The position numbers and the translations under genes were made by a program. A stretch of DNA of 64,000 nt from an uncultured Gammaproteobacteria bacterium (lineage in GTDB: Bacteria > Patescibacteriota > Microgenomatia > Levybacterales > GWA1-39-11): contig CAYRUR010000002.1 of the NCBI GenBank assembly GCA_964427615.1, positions 81,847 to 145,846 of the forward strand, written 5' to 3'. Within the stretch, counting starts at the first letter, position 1. Every line of letters begins with the position of its first letter. This document shows, piece by piece, positions 38,069-47,838 of the stretch. The notes beneath the pieces were generated by a model. The model made no database searches. It saw nothing but the letters and a program-made list of their open reading frames with translations, and was not told where the DNA came from.

Positions 38069-38569
38069 ATGAAGAATATGGGAAAGTTTTTCTCTATAGA
38101 TAATCTTGATTATGCACGCAAAGTCCCCTATGTTCCTAGTTCTTATGATAGTGTTACTACTATCACCCAGCTTGCTCAAAAGGCAAAAGAAAACACCAAA
38201 AAATCAATAAAAGCTGCTGATTTAGGATCGGGAGATGGCAGAATTATAGTATCACTTGCAGAGCATGATATAGAATCACATGGGTATGAGATAGATGGAA
38301 AGTTAGCTCTTACTGCAGAACAAAAAATTCTGGAAAAAGGCTTAGATGGTAAAGCATTTATCCATCCTGTAGACTACTGGAAAGAAAATCTCTCAGACTA
38401 TGATATTGTCATCATTTATGGCATGAACTCCGTGATGGAAAAATTGGAAAAAAAGCTGGCAAAAGAACTAAAGCCTGAAGCAAAAGTCATTTCCAATGTT
38501 TTCCAATTCCCTCACTGGAAAGCGGAAAAAGAAGTAAACCACATATTCCTCTACTCCCCTCGTGGGTAG
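38069..38569 (+). CDS. small class I SAM-dependent methyltransferase-like protein (paralog of 30444-30902)
   Basis: start moved to ATG 38069 (MKNMGKFF...); motif I DLGSGDGRI. Confidence 0.5.
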   Translation: MKNMGKFFSIDNLDYARKVPYVPSSYDSVTTITQLAQKAKENTKKSIKAADLGSGDGRIIVSLAEHDIESHGYEIDGKLALTAEQKILEKGLDGKAFIHPVDYWKENLSDYDIVIIYGMNSVMEKLEKKLAKELKPEAKVISNVFQFPHWKAEKEVNHIFLYSPRG

Positions 38570-38835
38570 ATGAGATTAAATTCTCAGTACTAAATTCGAA
38601 ATTCTAAAGAGATTGCTTCGCTAACACTCGCCATGACGTTTGTTTGGATAGCTTTTCCTAAACGTTAAACGCTAGTTCACTGCTCTCTGTTCACTGTTTT
38701 CTTCACATTCCTAAATCATGAATCTTTTTTCTAGCTTTATAAACTTTAAAAACTTTATAACTTTATAGACTCCTTAACTAATCACTAAACGCTATACGCT
38801 AACCGCTTCTCCCCACCTTAATCTCTTTCCATTAT
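38570..38835. repeat. composite intergenic repeat element B (homologous to element A; includes 21-nt inverted match to 8643-8663)
   Basis: see element A. Confidence 0.7.
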
Positions 38836-38884
38836 GTTTCATGCTTTATACCCTATTCTTACAAGGAATTGGTAAAGTATCAAA

Positions 38885-39688
38885 ATGAACGGTATCACAC
38901 AGTCATTCATTGACTCTTTGACCCAACTTTTCCCATTTTTAAAAAAAGAAGAACCTATTCCCATAGAGTCGGTGATAAAAAATAGAAAAGAAGAAGCATT
39001 TTACCGCTATTCGATTTCCATACTCAACCGTGAACGTATTCCCTTTATGGTTGGAGGTACTTATGCTTTCACAGCACATACTGGCATTGTCCGTCCTACT
39101 AAAGATCTTGATATCTTTTGTAAAGCAGGAGATTACCTAAAAATTCTTAATATCTTAGAAAATAAAGGATACAAAACAGAAATAACAGATCCTCGCTGGA
39201 TTGCTAAGGCATTTTATAACGGTTTTTTTATTGACATTATCTTTGCCTCCCGCAGTGATATGGCAAATGTAGATGATGCGTGGTTCAGTCGTGCTCCTTC
39301 TGCAATTATTTTTGAACAACCAGTAAAAATAATTCCGGCAGAAGAGCTTATTTGGAGTAAATCATATGTACAACATAGAGAAAAATATGACGGAGCTGAT
39401 GTAAACCACTTAATACTTAAAAAAGGAAGAGACATTGACTGGCATTATCTGCTCAACAGAATGGAAGCTCATTGGGAAATTTTATTCTCACATATTATCA
39501 ACTTTCGCTTTGTATATCCTTCAGAACGCTCTATTATCCCTCGATGGTTCATGGAAGAAATGCTTTCACGAGTAAAAGCGCAGCTAGATGCACCAGAACC
39601 ACAAGGCAAAATTACCCGAGGCCATTTAATAGCTCATAAGCAATATGATATCGATACCCAAGAGTGGGGATTTAAAAATGTAGAATAA
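38885..39688 (+). CDS. nucleotidyltransferase-fold protein, AbiEii/AbiGii-toxin-like
   Basis: 267 aa; N-terminal MVGGTYAFTAH...RPTKDLDIF resembles GGTA...R.S.DIDF motif of AbiEii toxins; no cognate antitoxin ORF seen. Confidence 0.45.
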   Translation: MNGITQSFIDSLTQLFPFLKKEEPIPIESVIKNRKEEAFYRYSISILNRERIPFMVGGTYAFTAHTGIVRPTKDLDIFCKAGDYLKILNILENKGYKTEITDPRWIAKAFYNGFFIDIIFASRSDMANVDDAWFSRAPSAIIFEQPVKIIPAEELIWSKSYVQHREKYDGADVNHLILKKGRDIDWHYLLNRMEAHWEILFSHIINFRFVYPSERSIIPRWFMEEMLSRVKAQLDAPEPQGKITRGHLIAHKQYDIDTQEWGFKNVE

Positions 39689-39712
39689 TTTTTTTCATCT
39701 TCCTTACTTTTT

Positions 39713-39931
39713 TTACTCCAAATCTCCAATTGCTTCTGCCACATCATTTGGACTATTAAATTCCATATCAGGAAGCATCCGGAGCGTTTCTAATACATTA
39801 TCATCTGCTCCTTCCTCTTCGGCTGTCCGTAATAGATCTTGCTTCGAAGCAGGATAATCAACTCCTTTCAAATACTTCTGCACTTGAATAGGATTCACTA
39901 TTTCATCCATCTCATCATCCATATCTACCAC
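39713..39931 (-). CDS. DUF2795-family small acidic protein
   Basis: 72 aa; YLKGVDYPASKQDLLRTAEEEGA...FNSPNDV. Confidence 0.55.
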   Translation of the reverse strand: MVDMDDEMDEIVNPIQVQKYLKGVDYPASKQDLLRTAEEEGADDNVLETLRMLPDMEFNSPNDVAEAIGDLE

Positions 39932-40028
39932 CTCCTTTATCCTGTTTTATAGAGGTACTGATTGATAAATCTATAAAAAGGAGGTAAGAGTTGAGTAATG
40001 AGACATTAAAAAACGATAAAATCAAATC

Positions 40029-40724
40029 TTAGAATGCATATCTTCCCTTCTCTTTTTTCTGTTCTTCTTTTCTCTTTTTCAACAGCTTTTCTACTTCTTC
40101 ATCTGTAGTCTGTGGAAAATGAGCATACCATAGCCCCACGGCATTAAATTCAACCGGACATACTAAACAAATAAACTCATCTACCTCATGTTCAAAGAAT
40201 CGTGCAGAATCCTCAGCACATACCGGCACGGCAAACACAATTTTGCCAACCTTCAATTTTTTTAAAGCCTTGACTGCCGCTCGCGCCGTAACTCCTGTTG
40301 CTAATCCATCATCAACCAAAATAACTGTTTTGTTTTTTAGGTAGGATAAGTCTTTACCACCGCGATATCGTTGTACTCTCCTTGCTAATTCTTTTTTCTC
40401 TTTCTCAAAAATAGGTTGAATTTCTCTTCTATCAATACTCAGACCTTCAATTGTTTCGATATCAAACAACGTCACATCTTCTTCAGATATTGCACCAATA
40501 CCAAATTCTTCATGTCTGGGTGCACCAATTTTGCGCGCAATAATGACATCAAGAGGAAGATACAAAGTATGAGCCACTTGATATCCTACTGGAACGCCAC
40601 CACGCGGTAGAGCAATAACAACTGCCTCCGAATCCTTGTACTGCATAAGAGATTGTGCCAGATATGCACCTGCATCAGTACGATCATAAAATGGTATCTC
40701 TACTTCATATCTGCTTTTATTCAT
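40029..40724 (-). CDS. type I phosphoribosyltransferase-domain protein
   Basis: 231 aa; VILVDDGLATGVTARAA PRPP-binding motif. Confidence 0.7.
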   Translation of the reverse strand: MNKSRYEVEIPFYDRTDAGAYLAQSLMQYKDSEAVVIALPRGGVPVGYQVAHTLYLPLDVIIARKIGAPRHEEFGIGAISEEDVTLFDIETIEGLSIDRREIQPIFEKEKKELARRVQRYRGGKDLSYLKNKTVILVDDGLATGVTARAAVKALKKLKVGKIVFAVPVCAEDSARFFEHEVDEFICLVCPVEFNAVGLWYAHFPQTTDEEVEKLLKKRKEEQKKEKGRYAF

Positions 40725-41908
40725 GATGATATCTGCAACCCTCTACTGTGTAACCGCAGCCACAATAAAATATCCTTTCTTGTTAAAAACCCTAATAATT
40801 TTCTCCCCTCCACCACCGGAACTTGTCCAACATCTTTTCTCACAATTTTATACACTGCATCTGCAACTGCCTCTTTTGGAGACACCACATCAAGGTCTTT
40901 AAATGGAGTCATAACATCCTTTACCCTTTTTTTCTCCCAATCCTGCCTTTCTACTTTCTGTAAATCCTCCTGACACACCAGTCCTTTCAACTCGCCATTT
41001 TCAATAACAGGAAATACATGCTTATCAGTACCAATCATATAATCATCTACCAATCTACTTAATGAAAGGTCTGCTGGAACAACATGCATGTTCTCCCGCA
41101 TTAACGAAGCCACTTTAACATCTTCCAGTGCTTCTTGTAAAACTACCTGCTGCATACTTTGTTGTGCTGCACTATTCAAAAACCACCCAATAAAAGCAAG
41201 CCACAACCCACCTATAAGTCCAGAACCTAACACAGGAATAGATATGCCAAATGCCATAGCAACTCCGGTAAAAATAAAAGTCCAAGCAACTATTTGTCCA
41301 ATAGTTGAAGCAATAGCAGTCGCTCTATGTAAGCTACCCGTTATAGCCCAAATAGTAGAACGTAAAATTCTACCTCCATCCAGAGGAAAGCCAGGTACCA
41401 AATTAAAAAAACCAAGCAAGATATTAACTGGACCCAACCATAGAAAAAGTGTGGCTATCGAATTAAGCGCTAAAACATTTTGAGGTAGTCCTAAAGCTAT
41501 AAACGAAACCCCAGATGCAAGACTAGCCAAAAATAAGAAAAAAACTCCCAAAACAATACTGGTAATAGGCCCCACAATCGCCATTAAAAACTCTGTTGCA
41601 GGAGATGGTGGTTCTCTTTCAATGTTGGATACACCACCAAATAAAAAGAGAGTTATCCTACTCACCTGTAAGCCCCTAGCTTTTGCCACAAGTGAATGAG
41701 CCAACTCATGAGCTAAGACTGATGAAAAGAAAAGAAATGAAGCAATAAGTGCAATCCCCCAGGTAAGAAAGAATCCCCATTCAGGATGAAATGTTGGAAA
41801 AACTCCCAATGCTAAATTAAAAGTAACAAGCAAAAAAATTAATATCCAACTGGAATCAATCGTAATATCGATACCAAAAATAGTGGCAACATGAAAGCTG
41901 TCGCGCAT
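40721..41908 (-). CDS. site-2 protease family (M50) zinc metalloprotease with tandem CBS domains
   Basis: 395 aa; HELAHSL in TM helix; C-terminal CBS pair. Confidence 0.75.
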   Translation of the reverse strand: MRDSFHVATIFGIDITIDSSWILIFLLVTFNLALGVFPTFHPEWGFFLTWGIALIASFLFFSSVLAHELAHSLVAKARGLQVSRITLFLFGGVSNIEREPPSPATEFLMAIVGPITSIVLGVFFLFLASLASGVSFIALGLPQNVLALNSIATLFLWLGPVNILLGFFNLVPGFPLDGGRILRSTIWAITGSLHRATAIASTIGQIVAWTFIFTGVAMAFGISIPVLGSGLIGGLWLAFIGWFLNSAAQQSMQQVVLQEALEDVKVASLMRENMHVVPADLSLSRLVDDYMIGTDKHVFPVIENGELKGLVCQEDLQKVERQDWEKKRVKDVMTPFKDLDVVSPKEAVADAVYKIVRKDVGQVPVVEGRKLLGFLTRKDILLWLRLHSRGLQISS

Positions 41909-41989
41909 ATGGGATAAGCTTATCTAGAAATGATGAAAGAGATTTAAGAGATAGGTAAGGATTGGATAATGAATAGTGTCTATGATTTT

Positions 41990-42250
41990 GTTATTTGTTG
42001 ATTATTAACGAGTTGAAAATGAGTAGGTAGTATGCAGGAAATCTAAGATAGCAAAACGTAAAGCTGCAATTTAGATCTAAAAACTTTTTACTTTTAAATT
42101 GTACTTTTGCCTTTTGAATTTTGAGTTTTGACTTTTCATTAACCCGTTAATAACTAATAATTAAATACCTAAACGTTCTCCGCCAATCCCTCTACATTAC
42201 CAATCCTTACCTTATTATTACGTTTTTTTCTTTTAGTTTTAACTTCAATA
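41990..42250. repeat. intergenic repeat region related to elements A/B (cattaacccgttaataactaat, aactcgttaataa modules)
   Basis: short shared modules with 19585-19600 and 53275-53300. Confidence 0.45.
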
Positions 42251-42290
42251 GTGAAAAGTATAAGGAGACATATAACAAAAAAATACGTAC

Positions 42291-43004
42291 ATGATAGATT
42301 TTAAAAAACAGGTCTTGCTTGTTGTAGCTCCACATCCAGATGATGAAGTACTGGGGTGCGCTGGGCTGATGAAAAAAGTAAAAAATAACGGAGGAAAAGT
42401 ATATGTGTTATTTTTAACAAACGGCACTACTCATGAATTTTCAAAAAATGGTGTTACTACCCAACAAGAACGAGAAAAAGAAATAAATGCAGTATCTACC
42501 TTATTACAGATAGATGGATGGAAAATTGCGTTTCCCGGAGATAAGTATCATTTATCTCTTGATACTGTTCCTCAAAAAGAGATTATCCATCAAATTGAGA
42601 AGGGATCTACCATTTCTCTTGAAACAATACAACCCACTATGATTGCAACCACCTACAAATCAGACTACAATCAAGACCATAGAGCGTGTTTTGAAGCAGT
42701 TATCGCTGCTACCAGACCTGCTCCACCTGCTAGCAAACCGTTCCAACCTATTGTTTTTGCTTATGAATTTACCGCTAACCTCACCTGGAGCCTTAGCTCT
42801 TCTCTTACACCGAATATGCTCGTGTCTCTTACAGATGAAGAATTAGAAACAAAAATACAAGCTATGCAGCTATATGAGTCCCAAGTAAGGGACAAAAATC
42901 ATACCCGATCACTGGAACATATCAAAAATCTCGCACGTCTTAGAGGAGCAGGCGCAGGAGTACCATACGCAGAGGCATTCCAAACATTACGAATAGTACT
43001 ATGA
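42291..43004 (+). CDS. PIG-L/LmbE-family N-acetylglucosaminyl deacetylase
   Basis: 237 aa; VVAPHPDDEVLGCAG motif. Confidence 0.75.
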   Translation: MIDFKKQVLLVVAPHPDDEVLGCAGLMKKVKNNGGKVYVLFLTNGTTHEFSKNGVTTQQEREKEINAVSTLLQIDGWKIAFPGDKYHLSLDTVPQKEIIHQIEKGSTISLETIQPTMIATTYKSDYNQDHRACFEAVIAATRPAPPASKPFQPIVFAYEFTANLTWSLSSSLTPNMLVSLTDEELETKIQAMQLYESQVRDKNHTRSLEHIKNLARLRGAGAGVPYAEAFQTLRIVL

Positions 43005-43651
43005 CTATAGCAGGACATCAACCAAACTTCATGCCAAACCTTGCCTTTTTTTACAAAATGGCACATGCGGATTTGTTTGTTATTACAACCAATATCCGAC
43101 TAGAAAAGAGAGAAGGATGGCAACAAAGAAACAAAATACGCACACAACAAAAAGAACTTTGGATCACCACTCCTATTTATGGCTCCCAATCACAACAAAT
43201 AAAAGACGTACAGATAGATAATCAAAGAGACTGGAGAAAAAGACAAGCAAGAACACTGCAGCTTACTTACTCAAAGGGAAAAGGAAATGCTTATCTTCCT
43301 CAACTCCTTTCATTATATGAAAAAAATTGGACACGATTAGTAGACTTCAATGTAGCTATTATTCACATGTTAGCCAGTATTTTAGATATTAAAACCCCCT
43401 TGTCAATTGACGAAGAAACAACCGGTGTAAAACACGAGATTTACATCCGTATTTGCCAAAAATACAAAGGTGACACTTTTCTCTCAGGTCTTGGCTCAAA
43501 GAACTACCTTACCCCTGAAAGGCTGCAAGATTTAGAAAAGCATAACATTACCAACACGTTTGTCAAAAAAGATCTTTCTGCTTACCCTTATTCTACTGTT
43601 CACTATTTATTATCAGAAGGGAAAGATTGGGTAAAACATGCATTACAGTAA
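43001..43651 (+). CDS. WbqC-family protein
   Basis: 216 aa; IAGHQPNFMPNLAFFYKMAHADLFV; 4-nt overlap with upstream deacetylase. Confidence 0.6.
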   Translation: MTIAGHQPNFMPNLAFFYKMAHADLFVITTNIRLEKREGWQQRNKIRTQQKELWITTPIYGSQSQQIKDVQIDNQRDWRKRQARTLQLTYSKGKGNAYLPQLLSLYEKNWTRLVDFNVAIIHMLASILDIKTPLSIDEETTGVKHEIYIRICQKYKGDTFLSGLGSKNYLTPERLQDLEKHNITNTFVKKDLSAYPYSTVHYLLSEGKDWVKHALQ

Positions 43652-44780
43652 AAGGTCACTTATTACCATACTGTTACTTGTCCTTTTTATTCTTGCTGGA
43701 ATAGCTATACTCATTTTGCTATTTGAAATAATAAAAACACGAGATACAGAAGATAAGAAAGCACCACCTCCCCCAAAAACTCAAAAAGAAGATTTTTCAG
43801 TTACTGCTTGGATTCCTTATTGGGATCAAGAAAACGCAATAAAAAGTGCGACAGAAAATATTACCAAACTAGATGCTATTGGAGTATTTTGGTATAAATT
43901 AACTCCTGAAGGAACAGTAACAGTATATGAAAAAGCAATTGAGGATCAACGATTTATAGAATTTGCTCATGAAAATGATGTAAAAGTCTACGCCCTCGTT
44001 GCAAACCTACCAGAAGAAGGAGAAGAGACAACAGGTTGGGACCCGGAACGAGTCGAAAATGTTATAAGTAATGAAGACCAAAGAGAAAAACATATCAATG
44101 ACTTAGTGAATCTGGTAATATATAAAAATTTTGATGGACTAGCTCTGGACTACGAAAATCTAAGGCCAGAACAAAAAGACAATTTTAGTCTTTTTATCCA
44201 AGAACTGGCTCAGGCGCTACACCAACAACAAAAATCTTTAGAAATAGCCATTCATCCAAAAACATCTGAAAATCCTAATACAGAATTCTCTGGTGCACTC
44301 GCCCAAGACTACCAAAAGATTGCTCAATATGCAGATCACCTGCATTTTATGATGTATACTCAACATGGTAGAGAATCAAAGCCTGGACCTTCCAGCACCC
44401 CCGAGAGAACCGAAGCAGCACTTAATTACGCAATTGAAAAACTACATATTCCCAAAGAAAAAATTATTATGGGAATTGGCCTTTTTGGCTTAGAATGGCA
44501 AGTTGAAGGGAATGGATTTACAGGAGTTGAAGATGACCTCACCTATAATCAGGTAGAAAATTTCATAGAGCAGAATAAAACAGACATGTATAGAGATGAG
44601 AATTCACAAAGTGTAGAAATAACTTTTAGAGAAAGTAATACCTTTCATGTAATTTGGATAAATGACGCAAAAAGCATAAAAAGAAGAATACAGATAGCAA
44701 AAAATTATGATGTAGGAGGTGTTTCTCTCTGGAGACTTGGTGGTGAAGATCCAGAGATATGGAATTTTATTACAAAGTAG
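43638..44780 (+). CDS. GH18-like glycoside hydrolase-fold protein with N-terminal TM anchor
   Basis: 380 aa; FDGLALDYE resembles GH18 DGxDxDWE catalytic motif. Confidence 0.55.
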   Translation: MHYSKRSLITILLLVLFILAGIAILILLFEIIKTRDTEDKKAPPPPKTQKEDFSVTAWIPYWDQENAIKSATENITKLDAIGVFWYKLTPEGTVTVYEKAIEDQRFIEFAHENDVKVYALVANLPEEGEETTGWDPERVENVISNEDQREKHINDLVNLVIYKNFDGLALDYENLRPEQKDNFSLFIQELAQALHQQQKSLEIAIHPKTSENPNTEFSGALAQDYQKIAQYADHLHFMMYTQHGRESKPGPSSTPERTEAALNYAIEKLHIPKEKIIMGIGLFGLEWQVEGNGFTGVEDDLTYNQVENFIEQNKTDMYRDENSQSVEITFRESNTFHVIWINDAKSIKRRIQIAKNYDVGGVSLWRLGGEDPEIWNFITK

Positions 44781-44847
44781 TTACGCTCTTTTTACAAAAA
44801 CATAATGATTATAGCCATACAATAAATAGTAAATAAAGAAATAAAAA

Positions 44848-44864
44848 TGACAGACAGACAGACA
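44848..44864 (+). repeat. tetranucleotide tract (GACA)x4 immediately after ATG 44847-44849
   Basis: atGACAGACAGACAGACAgattga read from sequence. Confidence 0.9.
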
Positions 44865-45675
44865 GATTGATCCAGAAGTATTACGCACCCATGCAGAACA
44901 GACAGTTACCCAGCTGAGGGAAGTTGCGGAACACCACGAAAGAACGTATCCAGCAAACATAGATGTAGTTTGGGTTTTCAGTGGTCCTGGCACGTACTAT
45001 AATCCCATACTTGAAGAAAAAGATCCGGAATTTGCCAGATGGATGGATAGAGACAGAATACGCTTAGGTATAGCTTTAGTACGTGAGATAACAGCAAGTA
45101 AAATAAGACAAGCAAACACTACAGTAAAAGCACATGATTTACAAACAGCAGATTTAGAGAATTACAGTCCTATTTTTTACTACAATGGCATACCAGCAGA
45201 AAATGCTGCTTTCAGACGTGCCTTGCAAGACACAAATCAAAAGTGGCCAAAAACAAAACTGGATACCAGTAAAATACTTATAGCAGATACTTTTCTAGAA
45301 CCCGACGGAACACCTCAGTTAATACGCCACACTCTAGATCAAGTAGTCAACTTTTTTCAGGAAGTAGAAAAGGCTGATAAGGATCCTTCACACCCACTTC
45401 ATGGAAGACACACTGTGGCTCTCGTTTCCAATATTGAGCACTTCGTTCGTATCCCTCACTACCTCAATCTCTATAATAAAAAACGTGAAGAAGAAGGAAA
45501 AGAGCCTCTGCAGTTCTGGGCATATGGGCTCAGAACACGAGAGGTCGAGGCATACCAACAAGGTACGTATTTAGGAAAATTACCTGATGTATATCAAAAA
45601 AGTGAAATTGATAGACTCATAACCTATGCAGAACAAGGACATTTGGATATAGAACCTGCTTATTTCAGAACTTAA
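44851..45675 (+). CDS. putative DUF218/YdcF-like protein, start unresolved (open frame from 44851; first in-frame ATG only at 45043; upstream ATG 44847 is out of frame by one GACA unit)
   Basis: N-terminal extension VVWVFSGPGTYYN and TVALVSNIEHFVRI resemble DUF218 conserved blocks; track ORF 45043-45675. Confidence 0.45.
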   Translation, partial: QTDRQIDPEVLRTHAEQTVTQLREVAEHHERTYPANIDVVWVFSGPGTYYNPILEEKDPEFARWMDRDRIRLGIALVREITASKIRQANTTVKAHDLQTADLENYSPIFYYNGIPAENAAFRRALQDTNQKWPKTKLDTSKILIADTFLEPDGTPQLIRHTLDQVVNFFQEVEKADKDPSHPLHGRHTVALVSNIEHFVRIPHYLNLYNKKREEEGKEPLQFWAYGLRTREVEAYQQGTYLGKLPDVYQKSEIDRLITYAEQGHLDIEPAYFRT

Positions 45676-46888
45676 TACTTCTCCTTGGGCTTACCCAACT
45701 ACCGGTAGATCTCTCGGAAAATACAAGAGGAAGAGTAAAAAGAAATAACAGAGAGTCGATATACCGTAAAAAGAAAAATCCTACTCCATACAAAAGCATC
45801 AGAGGTTTTTTCTCTAAGATAGTTGCAAAAATGGTTAACAGATAATCCATTAAAAATAATCCTACAAATAGCTCTGCAAGTGAAATATTTGGTTGTATTG
45901 CTATGACATGAAATTGATTTAGTAACAAAAGTGAGAGAACCAGAGGAGAAGCCAATACTACCAAAGCATATAAAAGCATTTCTATCAAAAACCCTCCTAA
46001 AAAAAGCCAGAACATGCTGGGCCATACACCATTACGAAAAATGGTTTGCCAAAACCCCAAATTCCATCGCTTTACCTGCTTAATATAATCCTTCAAATAA
46101 TAAGGATCCTGACTATACCCTTTCACTGCTGGAATATAAGCAACATTTCCCAATTTTTTCTTTCTTACCTCAAAGGTCATGTTGAAATCTTCAATAACCA
46201 AGTTTGGTGCATCAATAGAAAGTTTTTTTAATACTTTTGTTTTGTACACAGATAACCCCCCTGGAATAATATACGTGACATTGGTATACTTCCACGTCAT
46301 CCCATATCGCATACCTAATTGCAAAATTCTCCATAATCGCACACGATAGGCAATAAAAAAATTTTCCCAAAATCCATAATTCTTTATTTCAGTAACTTGA
46401 TGAGGAGCAACCGCAGCTGTATCTTTTTGTGAGAGAAGTGGTAAGGCGTATTTCATGTAATCTGGATGAATCATTACATCTGCATCGTGAATAAGAATTG
46501 CCTTATATTTCTCATATAAGTTATAACGCTTCATGGTATATACCAACGCCTTTGCTTTTCCTCCATTTGGTTTCTGTGTTATTACATTCACCCGCATATT
46601 GCGTGCTACCGTTGCTGTTTTATCAGTAGAAGAATCATTTACCAAATAAATATTTTTTTTAGGGAGTACTTTTGCTAACGCCTCTATTGTTTTTCTAATA
46701 CTCGTCTCCTCATTATGAGCGGGAATAATGGCAGCAACTTCATTTATTGTAATTGTTTTTGGCTTTCTTCCTTTTCTTTTTGGATGTCTTTTAGGGATTT
46801 TTTCAAACACAAACCGTACCCACCCGATTGCTAACCAGAGGCTAAAATTCACTCCCATTAATGTCATGAAGGATATTAACCATACCAT
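45665..46888 (-). CDS. family 2 glycosyltransferase, polytopic membrane (processive-type)
   Basis: 407 aa; AAIIPAHNEE, multiple C-terminal TM helices. Confidence 0.7.
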   Translation of the reverse strand: MVWLISFMTLMGVNFSLWLAIGWVRFVFEKIPKRHPKRKGRKPKTITINEVAAIIPAHNEETSIRKTIEALAKVLPKKNIYLVNDSSTDKTATVARNMRVNVITQKPNGGKAKALVYTMKRYNLYEKYKAILIHDADVMIHPDYMKYALPLLSQKDTAAVAPHQVTEIKNYGFWENFFIAYRVRLWRILQLGMRYGMTWKYTNVTYIIPGGLSVYKTKVLKKLSIDAPNLVIEDFNMTFEVRKKKLGNVAYIPAVKGYSQDPYYLKDYIKQVKRWNLGFWQTIFRNGVWPSMFWLFLGGFLIEMLLYALVVLASPLVLSLLLLNQFHVIAIQPNISLAELFVGLFLMDYLLTIFATILEKKPLMLLYGVGFFFLRYIDSLLFLFTLPLVFSERSTGSWVSPRRSIKF

Positions 46889-47817
46889 ACCATCGTTTTT
46901 TTAATCCCGTCTTCCAAATCATACTGCATGTCCCATCCCAAACTACGGATTTTAGATAAATCAGGTACTCTTCTATTGTGATCATGTGCCGGACGTCCCA
47001 CAAAAGAAATACCATTTTTCATGTTTGTAAAATGAAGAAAAGATTCTGCCAAAGCAAGAATCGTCATTTCTCTATCACTTCCCAAGTTATATACCTCTCC
47101 CTTTTCCCCTTTCTCACTCACTACAAGCAGCCCCTCCACAAGGTCATCAACAAAACAAAATGTTCTTGTCTGACTTCCATCGCCTTGTACTGGTAAAGGT
47201 TTTCCCTCTTTGATATTTTTTAGAAATGAGGACATGATCCGAGTATCTAACAGATTCATACCAGGACCAAAGGTATTAAAAATCCTTACAATTTTTACAT
47301 CTACTCCAAATTTATAGCTATATACAAAACAAAGACTTTCTCCAATTCTTTTTCCTTCCTCATAAGGACTTCTTTCACCCAAAGGACTTACATTTCCGGT
47401 ATATTCTTCTCGTTGCGGAAATTGTTCTGGCTGTCCATATACTTCTGAAGAGCTTGCATACACAACCACAGCTTTTGTCTTTTGAGCAAGTTGTAATATA
47501 TTACGGGTGCCAATACTTGAAGTAAGAATCATTTCTTCAGCAAGTGGAATGAGGTTTGAGACACCAGTAGGACAGGCTAGATGAAAAATAAAATCAATCT
47601 GCCCTATCTTTTTCTCCATTTCAGGAGAGAATGGATTAGTTATATCCCATTTAAAAAAAGAAAATCGTGGGTATACGGATAAGTGGGTGAGATTTTCTCC
47701 AGTAGAAGTAATAAAGTTATCAACAGCTATCACTGTATGCCCTGCATCCAAAAGTCTTTTGCAAAGATTCATTCCCAAAAATCCTGCCCCACCAGTAACC
47801 AATATTCTTTTTTTCAT
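46876..47817 (-). CDS. NAD-dependent epimerase/dehydratase, UDP-glucuronate decarboxylase (UDP-xylose synthase)-like
   Basis: 313 aa; ILVTGGAGFLG Rossmann motif, YASSSEVYG catalytic region. Confidence 0.7.
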   Translation of the reverse strand: MKKRILVTGGAGFLGMNLCKRLLDAGHTVIAVDNFITSTGENLTHLSVYPRFSFFKWDITNPFSPEMEKKIGQIDFIFHLACPTGVSNLIPLAEEMILTSSIGTRNILQLAQKTKAVVVYASSSEVYGQPEQFPQREEYTGNVSPLGERSPYEEGKRIGESLCFVYSYKFGVDVKIVRIFNTFGPGMNLLDTRIMSSFLKNIKEGKPLPVQGDGSQTRTFCFVDDLVEGLLVVSEKGEKGEVYNLGSDREMTILALAESFLHFTNMKNGISFVGRPAHDHNRRVPDLSKIRSLGWDMQYDLEDGIKKTMVWYG

Positions 47818-47838
47818 TATATACTCCTTTGCACACTC

